A stretch of 64,000 nt of DNA from Ginglymostoma cirratum (taxonomy: Eukaryota), in the NCBI GenBank assembly GCA_024137785.1, contig JAHRHZ010000019.1, positions 32,220,019 to 32,284,018 of the forward strand, written 5' to 3'. Shown in pieces: positions 53,101 through 63,335 of the stretch (positions are counted from its first letter, which is position 1; every line of letters begins with the position of its first letter). The position numbers and the translations under genes were made by a program. The notes beneath the pieces were generated by a model, which searched no databases, was not told the DNA's origin, and saw only the letters and a list, made by a program, of their open reading frames with translations.

Positions 53101-56100
53101 TTGTCTCAAAATGGGCACCACAAAAGTTAACTAAATTTAGCCTTGGCATGAGAGAATTGTCCGAGAAGTAGCGACCGAGTAGAGGGGCCAATACTTTCTA
53201 CAACAAAAAAGCATCCTAACAGCATGAGGGAATAGCCAGTCTGGGCTAAGATGAGAAATTTCTTCACTCAGTGGGTTGTCAAATTTTAGAATTCTGTAAG
53301 GGTTTCTGAAGGCTCAGCAGTTTATAATCTCAAGGAGGAGACTGATCCATTTTTAGGCACTAAAGGAATCAAAGGGATACGGGACTAGGCAGGAAAATGG
53401 AGTTGAGCTCAAGAATCAACCATGATATTATGAAATGGCAGAACAGGCTTGATGGACTTTCCTGCTCCTCTGATGCTGCTTGGCCTGCTGCCTTCATCCA
53501 GCTCTGCACCTTGTTATCTCAGATCCTCCAGCATTGGCAGTTCCTACTATCTCTCTTTATGGACCATTACATTGTTTTTCCAAAACCACAGGGATTAAGT
53601 GTTTAGTGTTAAACATTGAAAGGTACCTATCAATGATACGTGGTTTCTCTCTCATTTGTTCTGAGATTTTGGGCAAAGCTGCATTTATTGCCCAATTCCA
53701 GGTTATCATGAAAAGATGATGAACAGCTCCCTCCATGACCCTCTTAAGTCCTTATACTAATGGCACCTACACTATCAGAGCAAATACGAACAAAGAATTG
53801 GTATTGTTTGTACTAGCAGCGTATAGCCATAAGGATGGTGTGAGATTTAAAGTGGAACTTGCAAGTGATGGTTTTCTCTCAACACTGCTGCTGTTACCAT
53901 CATGGAATCCCCACCATCAACATCCTGGGGATTAACGTTAACCAGAAACTCAACTGGACTCATCACATAAACACTGCAGCTACAAGAGTAGGTCAGAGCC
54001 GAGGAACACTGCGAGTGAATAACTCACCTCCTGACTCCCCTGACCCTGTCCACCACCTACAAGACAGAAGTCAGGACTGTGATGGAGTACTGCCTACTTA
54101 CTTGAATGGGTGCAGCTCCAAGAACACTCAAGCAGCTTGACACCATCCAGGACAAAGCAGGCCACTTGATCAGCGCATCAAGAAACATCCACTACCTCTA
54201 ACACCGACACTCATAATCAGCAGTATGCACTGTCAACAAGATGCATTGCAGAAATTCAACGATTCTTAAGACAGCACTTCCAAACCCATAACAACTTCAA
54301 TCTAGAAGGACAAGTGCAGCAGATACACAGGAACACTCAAGTTCCTCTCCAAGTCATTCACCATCCTGACTTGGAAATATATCACCATTCCTTCACTGTT
54401 GCTGGGTCAAAATTCTGGAATTCCAGCATTGTGGATCAAGCTACAGCACATCAACTGCAGCAATTCAAAAAAATAAAAAAAGCAGCTCACCACCACCTCC
54501 TCAAGAGCAACTAGGGACAGGCAATAATTGCTGGCCTGCCGGTGACAGCCCACATCACACAAATGAATTAAAAAAAGATATCAAATGAAAATTCATATTT
54601 TACTGACATTATACCAACATAGTATGAAACCTAAGCAGTGACAGTGCACCAGGAACGACTCTCTCATTTCTTAGTTTAATGGCATTCCCATCAAATTGGG
54701 ACTCTTGCATTATGTTATCAATTCCACATCAGTGCAAACCTGAAAATAGACTTGTTTCCTTCTGGTGCAGATGAGGTAGTGTAACTACAGTCCATGACAA
54801 CATAACAGATGGTTGAATAAAAATGGAAAATAATGTTGGCTTCGGCTGCGGCACTGTTAGCTTATAAATCAGTTAAAGAGGTAAAAGGTACCCTTTCTCA
54901 CACTGAGAAATAAAGACAGGAGCAGAAAGATAATACCATTCCCAAAATGCTAAGTGCCAGTGATTGCTCCTTCAAGACAGATCTGCTTCCGTACAAATCT
55001 ATTTTCTGATAACATTGAATCAGAACAAAGAAATTCAACTGATTAGTATTGGCATATACCTTAAGTATCCATTTGATCATGTCCTTATAAATCTCCAAAT
55101 GAGGAGAATTCTGCAAGCTTTCTAGCATTGCCAAAATGCTAGGTGTGTTTTCTGGAGCCTCCCCGGGACCTGTCAAATAATTCCAAAGCAAACTTAAATG
55201 TCAATATGCAAATAAGCAACACTTGCATAACTTCACCTGATATAGCACACCTTAATAGAATTATTTAAATTATTCTGATGAAATTTATAGAATTTTTCAT
55301 TGATACTAATTTTCATCAACAGGCAGGGGAAAGATGTGAATGTGGGGTAGGAAAGAAAAATTTAAACGACTGAACCAAATGAATAAGTAGCACCTGTCTC
55401 AATTTGGTTTTCTTTTATGTACCAAGCAACAGAATTTTTGACAGAACTAATACATACATGAAAATTTTGAGGTGAAGTTAAAGGTCACATCACTGTCTGC
55501 ACTCGCACTTTCTATTTGTTGTTTCTCTTCATTTAAAGCCATTCCAATCAAGTGCAAAACCTAGGTGAACAGGATTATGACATAGTTAAACCTATCTATT
55601 CAAAGACAGCCAAAATAATGAGCCATAAACAACAATAAAGGGCACAGTGCTCATTGGCATTTGATTAATTTCTGTTGTGGCAAACTGCACATACATAATT
55701 CTCAAAACATAGTGGCACCCTGATATAAAATACCAAGTACTTTTCAAAAAGGACAGAAGAAAAACCAAAATCAGGTCAGCTTCCAAACATAACTTGGTCA
55801 TTACAGTAAGAGAACTGTATATGAAGAAGACTGAGCTATGAATATTTCCAACAGTCCCCATTATTCATGCATGATAGGGACACTGTCTTCCTGCCGATAA
55901 TAAAAACAATGCAGATACCACTCCTATGTACCACAACAGGACTGCAATCAGTTTACTGAGGCAGACTGAACGAGACAAAGATAGGGTCTAGGGCTGACCT
56001 CATGAGTACATGGATCGGTGGGTAGTAAAAGCAGATTCGCAAATTATGAAGACTATGTAAACAAAGAAATTTATACAACTCTTTTCATGTTATTACATCA

Positions 56101-59100
56101 AACATTCTCACAAAACATGACCATCAAAAGCATGACTTGAACCAAATACATTCCAGGAGCCTTTGCCAGCTTAAATTCACTAAATATTCTTCAAATGGGA
56201 TTTCAGAACAAAATGTAAATTCATGAGAGCATGTAATAGGCAATAATTAGCACTAGAAACACAAAAAAACAGGCAGATGACCTGGCCCTCAAATCTGTCC
56301 CAATTTGGTTGACTGAATTCCAATAGCTGTCCTTTGTCAACTTCAATCTTGACAATTTAGAGAGCACATTGACGATTTTCATTATACTATGAAAAATGCT
56401 TTGAATTTCATGCTTTACTAGCCAAGTTTGAATTATAAGGTTGTACCACAAAAACAACTTGCTGGTTCTTTTTTGGTGAAATCAAAGGCGTCACCCAATT
56501 GACTGCATTCTACTGACATGGTCCTCAGAACCCTCTCAAAATGCAGTACGAATGCATGCATGTAACACATCAATCCCACTTCCACGTGCAATTTAAACAT
56601 GTGAGCAAAACAGAGCACACATACCAAACATCCTGTCCAAAAACTGGACTCTACTTTGTATCTCCGAGTATATAGGGGTACAAACTTCCATTCAACTTGC
56701 TCTGGATACAAATTTGGCCCTGATTCTACATTTACAGCACTTTTTCTGTCAGTACCAAGTGAGAACAGGCTTGCATTAACATTATAATTGGGAAGCAATA
56801 TACAACGAAAACAGTTAAGACAACAAGGAAAAACAAATGCAACTTTTAACCTCAGTTCTGATAATAATACCAAATATCAGAGACAGCTTCTGTTTTGGAT
56901 GAGAGGGTAACAAACTCCAAAAGAAAAAAAAAAGTTATTAATTAACTTTTAAATGACTGTATTTTTCAATAATTCTGAACAATTCCTTCCATTCTGATCG
57001 ATTATTCGTTCCTTATAGCCATGAAATGAGTCTGCTCCAACATAGTTTCTGATGTTTCAACACAGCAGGATTAATCATTGAATTGGAAAGAAGTAACAAA
57101 GTTACCCTCCATTTTGCCATCTCAAAACTAGGTTAAACTCAAACAAAAATTTATTTTCAACTATGAAGAGACAAGATAAATTCCAAATAATGAATGCGTC
57201 TGACTTTGAAATGTAAAGAGATTAGCAAAGCTTACCCTTTGTAACATACTTTCAGTCCAAGCATGTCCATTTGGTTCCACAACCCATTGTAGCACTGTTC
57301 TCAAGATATACACAAAAACATCTGACTGAAGGATGTTTACCAGACTGGCAAACAGGGGGCAAAAATGCGGAAGGACAGGAGGTGGAAGAGCTAAAACAAA
57401 GATAGCTTCATGAATATTGTTATTGCAAAATAGCTTCAAGTTGTGCACACTGGCTCCAGTTCAAATATAAAAAAAAGTATTCAAAATTAATTCTTCACTT
57501 TTGGACACGATCGACATGGATACAGAAGTTGTCAATGAAGTTACTCAGCTCAAACCAGAGGTCGGCATTGGGTTGTGATATTTTTACACGCGAACAGGAG
57601 CACTAAAACACTGAATCCTGAACAAATCCCAAGTACTTTCAAGATAAATTCTTAGACAAGTTCAACTTTTTACATAACATGGTTATCAAAGGCAATTTTT
57701 TTTAACTGCACCCTAACTTCTAAATAAACAAGCTAAGTTAGCTTCCATAATCAAAAATGTTCTCCCAACACTGCTGAAAAAAAGCCAGAAGAAGATTAAT
57801 TTCTGAAAGCATTATCAGCAAATGAATGTTGCGTTGAATATCCCAATTCATACGTCATCTTTTTGGCCCATTCTTGCTTCCTATTGACTATACCACGCCA
57901 GAAACCATTGTTAAAGATAATTGACTGTCTTGTCTAAAGCAAATGAGAATACCTGGTTAATTACAATTAGAGATACAGGCAGTATATTCCCTTCCAGAGT
58001 CTATTCAACTGTCAATTTGCACACAAATTATATATTGTAGGACAACTTAAAACGTCCATCCCCACGTCCAGGAAATGTTCTTACAACCGAAATTTAAAAT
58101 TATACCCTTGTATGGGACTCTGTTCATTACTTGGATGCTTGTAAACCTGAAGGCCATAAATGAAACTCAAACTGTAATTTAGTTGCATATTATGCGCAAA
58201 AATGAAGTTATTTCAAAACTTGCCTATCTACACCTCTCAATCCTGACATGATCGATTCGAAAGAAAAATAGAAGTTGTTAGTGCACCTAATATTAACACT
58301 GTTCACTATCCTGATTTGTCCAATGTGGAAGATAGTGAATGGAAGTAAAACCCAACCCAAGTGAAAAACAAAGAACTCATGGAGCCAGATTAACTACTGT
58401 GTCGACAACGGTATGTGAGCAGACCGTCTCCCAATCCAAAATGAAATGAAATAAAATTAACTTCAAAATGAGATGGAAGTGGAGAAATTTTAACATACCC
58501 ATGTCCTCTCCATTTTGCTTCCTCAACTTTCTTTGGGCTTCTTCAGCCTAAAGTAAAATAAAACAGTGATATGAACTTATTTTCAGTGAGCACAGTTAGT
58601 AAGCACAACTTAAAAAAAGTTTAAAAGAACTTTGAAACCTCGTAAAATATATACTTATAAATTTCAAGTAAACGTGAAACCCGGGCTAAAGAAATACACT
58701 AAACAGATTGCGGTTGAATTTCACCAAGTTGTTCAATATGTGTGTCATAAGTAGTTTGAAGAGACAAATTCAAAAATGCCTGTCAAACAGTAATAAATCA
58801 ATCAGTTCATTATTCAAGTCATATACGTTGTACAGTGACGAGATAACAACAGAGGGGGGAGGGGAAGAGTGGAGGAAGTAAAGAAAGGTGTAACAGTCAG
58901 TGAAGAACAAGGCCATAAAAGGAAGGGATGATTGTGTTAAGCATCTTTACCAACTTTTCTTCTGACATTGGATGCTTTAAAATCTATGGTTCTCTTTCCC
59001 CTTTAAGGGTCAATATACAAATACTCAATAGGAATATGAGTCAGGAAACGTAGCACACAGTTCCAAAAGGAGTCACTGCTAATTGACATCCTTTCACTTC

Positions 59101-61198
59101 CCAAGACATTTCTTTACTTTCAGTTGCTGACGTCTAAGACCAGAGAAGATGTCTGTGTATAATTGACTAGCTGTGATTTGTCACGATGGGACCAAGGCTG
59201 CTGGGCCTTTAGAGGAAAAGATTTGAATAAAAATTCAGTTACAAAAGCTTATCCATGGCATGAAAACATCATCTTTGATTTGGGGTCAAAGACGAGAAAG
59301 CATTTTTAAATTGTGTTCAACAGAATTTTCTACAGTACTGTGAGTCAAGTTCAACAAAAATGGAGTCACTTCGAGAACTGGTCCTTGGGAATAAGATGGA
59401 CCAAGCGTCAGTGGCAGAGCATTTCAGGGCCAGGGATTCTTATAAGGTTTAAAATGACAGTGTTATAGGGCAATCCATAGTAGGAATGATTAACTGACAA
59501 GGAGCCAACTTCATACTGTAGCAAGAACAGAATTGGACTGGATAGGCTGGCAAAGACTTGTCAGAAAACCTGAAGCTGAACAACGTGTTGCCATCAAAGA
59601 GCAGATGGCTCAAATACAGTACGAGTATACCCTCAAAATGGAAAAGCAGCACAACTGAAACTCTCCAGCTCCCTGAATGAAAAATAAAATAGAAATTAAG
59701 ATAAAGAAATAGCGTGCTTATGCATGGTGTCAGGTCAAATATAAAATTGAGAACAAATCTGAACACAAAATGTACAGTAGGGAGTGGAAAAAGTGAGAGA
59801 AACAAAAAGGGATTATGAAAAAAGACTGGCAGATAACAAAGGGTAATCCCAAGTCTTTTACAGGCGCATAAAAAGTAAAAGCCATGGTAAAAACCCAATT
59901 GAAGACCAAAGAGGATTCTCATGGAGGCAGGGGCACAGCTAAGCTATTAAAAGGGATATTTCACATTTGTCTTGACTAAGGAAGCAGATGGTGCACAGGC
60001 TGTGGGTAAAAGGAAAGGAATCCCAGTCACGAGAAGGGTTCAAAAACTGCTAAGGAAATGGTATTGAAAAATGGTGATGGCACTTGAAGAATTAACAAGA
60101 TGCCATGACCTGATGGCATGCATTCAGGTATATCAGAGTAAGAGTCGAAAGTACAGAGGCACTGGTCATAATACCTCAGTCTTCCCTGAATTTAGGGGTA
60201 GTTTAGCAAATAATCCAAATAGAGAGTGAGAAAAGAAATATTTTCACAAGGCAAGTGGTTAAGGTTTGGAATGCATTGCTTTGACGTGGAGGCAGGTTCA
60301 ATCAAGGTATTCTAGATGATTTGAACAGAAATAACACAGTTTTGGAAAAAAAGCGAAACATGGCATTACACCATGATGGTCACTCAGAGCTGATGCTGAC
60401 ATAACAGGCCAAACATCTTCCTTCCACAACTGCATAATTTTGTGATATTGAGAGAAGCATGAGATGCATGATTAGATGGGGAATATTTCATGTGAAGAAC
60501 TATAGGTTTTGGTGCTCCTTATTTTATCCTTTGTACACATCGCTGATTTGGCTTTAACACAAGACAGTAGATAATCCATGAATTTTTTAAAAAAATTCAC
60601 TCAACCTGTTCAGTCATGAGACGACAGTCTACGCGGCAGGTGGGACCTATCACAGGCCTCTGGCCCAGATGGTGGACAGAGACAGAGACAAAGTAAATTG
60701 ACAAAGGCGGAGCAGTAGACTTTGTCTATATATGTGCTTCAATAAAGCACTCAATGAGGTTCCACATTGCAGACTGGTCAGTAAGGTTAACACACATGGG
60801 ATCCAGGTTTATGGACTAGAGACAGAGACAAAGACACTTTCACTATTTAAGACCTTCAATTAATTGTTGAAGTATTGATACACATACATTCTGCATTCAA
60901 TCTATACTAAATGGACTTATTATAGTTTACCTTGGATTGGTCGGCCCTAGAATAATGGTAGAAGAAAACATTAAATTCCTTGGCACATTCAGGTTTTAGC
61001 TCATAAAGCCCTCTTCCTGTTAATCCTGGCTTCCTGTGATGGAAAAGTCATGGGATTAACATGCTAGTAGACATACAGTGACAATAAAGCTAATTCAATT
61101 CTATATCGCACTAACGCAGCACTTCACTTGGAACTGTATACTTACTTGAACGAGGCTACAGATTCAATAACCTTTTCCATTCCAGTCTCTTTATTCTC
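17216..61198 (-). CDS. UBR2: E3 ubiquitin ligase UBR2, 3' portion: 26 coding exons, 951 aa, 5' part lies beyond the window
   Basis: Manually spliced exons give one open frame (2856 nt with TGA). Contains RING-H2 residues [17 protein letters not shown] and the UBR2-type C-terminus GIDWQHL. Adjacent to PRPH2. Confidence 0.96.
17908..18009 (-). CDS. UBR2: UBR2 exon (25/26) [33 protein letters not shown]
   Basis: ttcag| ... |gtaaa, 102 nt, phase 2->2. Confidence 0.96.
18370..18540 (-). CDS. UBR2: UBR2 exon (24/26) [56 protein letters not shown]
   Basis: aatag| ... |gtgag, 171 nt, phase 2->2. Confidence 0.96.
18943..19047 (-). mobile_element. Older related PLE-terminus fragment (similar pieces near 12250-12315, 39990-40077, 42262-42350, 45977-46028)
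   Basis: Shared ctggaaaa..cagcaggtctggcagcatctg..cgtttc motif, diverged. Confidence 0.55.
19640..21122 (+). mobile_element. CR1/L2-superfamily LINE RT plus 3' end, decayed
   Basis: GVSQDSVL.P and ADD motif remnants; gggcaataaatgctgg..cacatcccatg tail. Confidence 0.75.
21518..21826 (-). mobile_element. HE1-type tRNA-derived V-SINE
   Basis: A box TGGCTCAGTGG, B box GGTTCGATTCC, V-domain-like gtttgcacattctcccc..gcgtgggtttcctcc, CR1-like 3' end with (attcta)n tail. Confidence 0.85.
21963..21992. repeat. (ACACCCA)n heptamer repeat, about 4 copies, within a C/A-rich tract to ~22110
   Basis: acacccaacacccaacacccaacacccaac. Confidence 0.85.
24935..25012 (-). CDS. UBR2: UBR2 exon (23/26) [25 protein letters not shown]
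   Basis: tccag| ... |gtgag, 78 nt, phase 2->2. Confidence 0.95.
25117..25173 (-). CDS. UBR2: UBR2 exon (22/26) [18 protein letters not shown]
   Basis: tgtag| ... |gtagg, 57 nt, phase 2->2. Confidence 0.92.
   Translation of the reverse strand: MVWCCRSAELCERRENSD
25525..25633 (-). CDS. UBR2: UBR2 exon (21/26) [35 protein letters not shown]
   Basis: ttcag| ... |gtaaa, 109 nt, phase 1->2. Confidence 0.94.
26053..26183 (-). CDS. UBR2: UBR2 exon (20/26) [43 protein letters not shown]
   Basis: attag| ... |gtaat, 131 nt, phase 2->1. Confidence 0.95.
26626..26970 (+). mobile_element. HE1-type tRNA-derived V-SINE
   Basis: Same family as 21518-21826, opposite orientation. Confidence 0.85.
27760..29222 (+). 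mobile_element. CR1/L2-superfamily LINE, interrupted by PLE copy 2
   Basis: [27 protein letters not shown] remnants. Confidence 0.75.
28378..28573 (+). mobile_element. Fold-back PLE-type element, copy 2, nested in a LINE
   Basis: ~70-bp imperfect inverted arms, same tail, 13-bp direct repeat gagaatttaacaa at 28365-28377 and 28574-28586. Confidence 0.8.
30433..30623 (-). mobile_element. Second fold-back PLE-type family with decayed hammerhead
   Basis: ~50-bp imperfect inverted arms (aaggtcagaatcac...tttattt / aaataaacc...gtgacttctgacctt), a one-sided tail, and minus-strand cac-ctgacaa-aggagcagtgcttc-aaaagct-tgtg. Confidence 0.65.
32021..32111 (-). CDS. UBR2: UBR2 exon (19/26) [29 protein letters not shown]
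   Basis: tctag| ... |gtaag, 91 nt, phase 1->2. Confidence 0.93.
32225..32830 (+). mobile_element. CR1 RT fragment (a further 3' piece near 33240-33470)
   Basis: SKFANDTK remnant. Confidence 0.6.
32887..33022 (-). CDS. UBR2: UBR2 exon (18/26) [17 protein letters not shown]...[12 protein letters not shown]
   Basis: tacag| ... |gtaat, 136 nt, phase 0->1. Confidence 0.95.
34104..34174 (-). CDS. UBR2: UBR2 exon (17/26) [23 protein letters not shown]
   Basis: ttcag| ... |gtagg, 71 nt, phase 1->0. Confidence 0.93.
34373..34469 (-). CDS. UBR2: UBR2 exon (16/26) [32 protein letters not shown]
   Basis: tatag| ... |gtttgt, 97 nt, phase 0->1. Confidence 0.92.
35584..36182 (+). mobile_element. Fold-back PLE-type element, copy 3, nested in a CR1 RT region, loop unresolved
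   Basis: Perfect 77-bp inverted arms 35582-35658/36069-36145; 14-bp direct repeat ggtagaaaggcaag at 35570-35583 and 36183-36196. Confidence 0.8.
35660..36059. other. Assembly gap (400 N)
   Basis: Run of n. Confidence 1.
37249..37304 (-). CDS. UBR2: UBR2 exon (15/26) [18 protein letters not shown]
   Basis: tccag| ... |gtagg, 56 nt, phase 1->0. Confidence 0.93.
37671..37819 (-). CDS. UBR2: UBR2 exon (14/26) [49 protein letters not shown]
   Basis: aatag| ... |gtgag, 149 nt, phase 2->1. Confidence 0.95.
38050..38765 (+). mobile_element. GC-rich internally repetitive element with retro-type tail
   Basis: Repeated tccYggaagtgagccacRgccaga; tail ttttcactg..gtacatgtgacaataaa also present inverted at 11333-11374. 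Confidence 0.55.
39411..39480 (-). CDS. UBR2: UBR2 exon (13/26) [22 protein letters not shown]
   Basis: ttcag| ... |gtatgt, 70 nt, phase 1->2. Confidence 0.88.
40765..40868 (-). CDS. UBR2: UBR2 exon (12/26) [34 protein letters not shown]
   Basis: ttcag| ... |gtactt, 104 nt, phase 2->1. Divergent but matches the W..T..QQ.KAL pattern. Alternative in-frame acceptor 6 nt inside. Confidence 0.85.
44155..44316 (-). CDS. UBR2: UBR2 exon (11/26) [17 protein letters not shown]...[20 protein letters not shown]
   Basis: gccag| ... |gttag, 162 nt, phase 2->2. Confidence 0.95.
44968..45061 (-). CDS. UBR2: UBR2 exon (10/26) [30 protein letters not shown]
   Basis: atcag| ... |gttag, 94 nt, phase 1->2. 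Confidence 0.95.
45461..45660 (-). CDS. UBR2: UBR2 exon (9/26) ...[11 protein letters not shown]...[12 protein letters not shown]... (start of RING-H2)
   Basis: tctag| ... |gtgat, 200 nt, phase 2->1. Confidence 0.95.
47137..47169. repeat. (CA)n microsatellite
   Basis: Direct observation. Confidence 0.95.
48900..49815 (-). mobile_element. Decayed LINE (L2-like) fragment; similar purine-rich remnants near 42360-42710 and 43440-44060
   Basis: Minus-strand [17 protein letters not shown] linker-like peptide. Confidence 0.5.
49880..49930 (+). mobile_element. 5'-truncated copy of the same PLE-type family
   Basis: gctccacaccttgttatctcagactccagcatcggcagttcctactatct matches the right arm end plus tail. 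Confidence 0.75.
50223..50404 (-). CDS. UBR2: UBR2 exon (8/26) [45 protein letters not shown]... (basic region)
   Basis: tttag| ... |gtaaac, 182 nt, phase 0->2. Confidence 0.95.
51433..51513 (-). CDS. UBR2: UBR2 exon (7/26) [27 protein letters not shown]
   Basis: taaag| ... |gtaag, 81 nt, phase 0->0. Confidence 0.9.
52745..53456 (+). mobile_element. CR1 3' fragment
   Basis: W...N..K...IHFG and LxYYVQFW remnants, FFTQ.VV.. Confidence 0.65.
53457..53556 (+). mobile_element. 5'-truncated single-arm copy of the PLE-type family
   Basis: Right arm plus tail; possible 6-bp duplication atggac at 53452-53457 and 53559-53564. Confidence 0.75.
53880..54577 (+). mobile_element. CR1/L2-superfamily LINE 3' end
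   Basis: [20 protein letters not shown]; poly(A)-like tail. Confidence 0.8.
55060..55169 (-). CDS. UBR2: UBR2 exon (6/26) [36 protein letters not shown]
   Basis: gacag| ... |gtatat, 110 nt, phase 1->0. Confidence 0.94.
55458..55560 (-). CDS. UBR2: UBR2 exon (5/26) [34 protein letters not shown]
   Basis: cctag| ... |gtatgt, 103 nt, phase 0->1. Confidence 0.93.
57236..57390 (-). CDS. UBR2: UBR2 exon (4/26) [23 protein letters not shown]...WTESMLQR
   Basis: tttag| ... |gtaag, 155 nt, phase 1->0. Confidence 0.95.
58499..58547 (-). CDS. UBR2: UBR2 exon (3/26) [16 protein letters not shown]
   Basis: tttag| ... |gtatg, 49 nt, phase 0->1. Confidence 0.93.
59060..60430 (+). mobile_element. CR1 LINE, internally deleted and decayed
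   Basis: GNPK.F...IKSK linker remnant joined to a 3' end (FF.Q..V..WNAL). Confidence 0.6.
60931..61033 (-). CDS. UBR2: UBR2 exon (2/26) [34 protein letters not shown]
   Basis: cacag| ... |gtaaac, 103 nt, phase 2->0. Confidence 0.95.
61146..61198 (-). CDS. UBR2: UBR2 exon (1/26 in window) [18 protein letters not shown]
   Basis: cttag| ... |gtaag, 53 nt, phase 0->2. Confidence 0.92.
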
Positions 61199-62159
61199 CT
61201 AAGAGGAGAAAGAATCAGCACGTTGTACATCACTTAGAGAACTACTTATTATATATGCTTTAAATGCTGAGTATCCTAATCTACAGTTTCATTTTGGGAC
61301 TATAAAATGTTCAATCCTCAAATCATCTTTACTTTTGTGATCTACATATTTGTATTGCTTTGAACAGGTTAGGAGTGGTGAACTGATTCATCTCCTTCTC
61401 CCAATTTTTCCAGTGGCCACAACAGACTTGGAGTTTAAAAGGGAGGTGACACTGTTGATTAAATATATTTATAAATTGTAGCTTAGTACTGTATTAGAAA
61501 CAAGGCAGCCTGTTCCTCATTTAACAAGGTTAAGCTTTACTTTTTCAAAAAGCTCGAGCAAATATGCAAAAATTAAGAAAAGGTTTAAAATATGCATATA
61601 TATTCAACAACCTTGGCTGAAAAGATATTCATTCCAAGCTTGGAAAATTACAAAACATCGCAAAGCACTATCTTAAAAGGATTTTGGATGTGTAATTGGT
61701 AAAGTAATTAAGAGGAGATTGTGACAAATGCTAGTCCATAGCTGAAGTAATTTCCACACTGACTATGCTTCTGTCAAGATTACCTCCAGTATTTGTGTTC
61801 AGTGCATGAACCTCAGAGGTCTGTGGACAGCAGCAACTTCTGAAACCAGAAGTTTATGCATTGGTGGCATGCCGAATGACATTGTCAATGACAATGACAA
61901 TGACCTTGGAGCAGGTGTACAGCTTACAGAGAACATGGACTTCTCCCTGGGCCATATATGGTCGGTTCTTCAAGATAGTGGTGTGGATTCAGACTTCTAC
62001 TTTATAAACGCTGCATTTACAGAGACCAGGTTGTTCAATGGGAAAACTCTCAAACTTTGATGAGAGGGGTTGATTCGGCAGGGGAGGGGGGGGGTAGTAA
62101 AGGCTGTTGCTGCTGTGGCAGATATTCTATGTGCTTTAAACAAAACTATTTTACAGCCT

Positions 62160-63335
62160 CAAGTTGATTGAGTTTATTGAAGAAGTAACAAAGAAGATTG
62201 GCAAAGCAGGAGCAGTAGACTTAGTCCATATGTGCTTCAGCAAAGCGCTCAACAAGGTTCCACATCGTAGACTGGTCAGTAAGGGGAGATCACACGGGAT
62301 CCAGAGGGAGCAATACAAAAGGACACAAAAAATTGGCTGGAAGGCAGGAGATACAGGGTGGTGTTAGAAAGCTCCTTTACGGAGTGGACGCCTGTGGTTA
62401 GTGGTGTGCCACAAGGATCAGTGCTGGTCCACTGTTTTTCATCATTTATATAAATGCTCTGGATGTGAATATACAAGGCATGGTAAGTTAGTTTGCAAAT
62501 GACAGCAAAATAGGTGGTTTAGTGGACAGCGAAGGTGGTTACCTCAGAGTACAACAGGACCTTAATAAGGTGAGCCAATGGGCCAAGGTGTGGGAGATGG
62601 AGATTAATTAAGATAAATGTGAGGTGTTGCATTTTGGTAGGGCAAACCAGGACAGGACTTATTCAGTTAATGGTAGGCCCTGGGGTGTGCGGCTGAATAA
62701 AGACAGGTAGGAGTGCCGGTGCACAATTCCTTGAAAGTGGAGTCACAAGTAGACAGAGTGGTGAAGGAGGTGTTTGGCACACTTTCCTTCATCGGTCAGA
62801 ACATTAAGTAAGGAGTTATGGTGGCATGTTGCTTCTGTACAGGGCATTGGTGAAACCACTTGTAGAATATGCATACAATTCTGATCACCCTTCTCTAGGA
62901 AGGATGGTGTTCAACTGGAGAGGTGCAGAAAAGATTTACAAGGGTGTTGTTGGGATTGGAGGATTTGAGCGACAGGACAAATCTGAACAGGTAGAGCATT
63001 TTTCCCTGCAGCATTGGAGGCTGAGGGGTGACCTTATAGAGGTTTATAAAATTATGAGGGGCATGAACAGTGTGAATAGCCAAGGTCTTTTTCCTAGGAT
63101 GAGGGAGTCCAAAACTAGAGGGCAGAGAGTAGTGCATGTATGGAATGAACTGTCACTGGTGGGTACAATTACAACATTTAACAGACATCTGGATAGGTAT
63201 ATGAATAGGAAGGAAGGAAGGGTTTACAGGGACATGGGCCAAATGCTAGCAAATGGGACTAGGTCAGATGGGGATGTCTGGTCAGCACGGGCAAGTTGGA
63301 CCAATGGGTCTGTTTCTGTGCTCTCTGACTCTATG
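62160..63335 (+). mobile_element. CR1 LINE RT and 3' end
   Basis: LIEFIEEVTK..FSKALNKVPH, SGVPQGSVL, RLRGDLIEVYKIMRG. Confidence 0.9.

Noticed and set aside
59449-59922. 157-aa hydrophobic ORF
   Set aside because: Antisense reading of an A-rich CR1 segment
61600-62060. Possible pogo/Tigger DDE transposase remnant (GKLQNIAKHYLKRIL)
   Set aside because: One short weak motif, multiple stops, no terminal repeats seen; needs an HMM search
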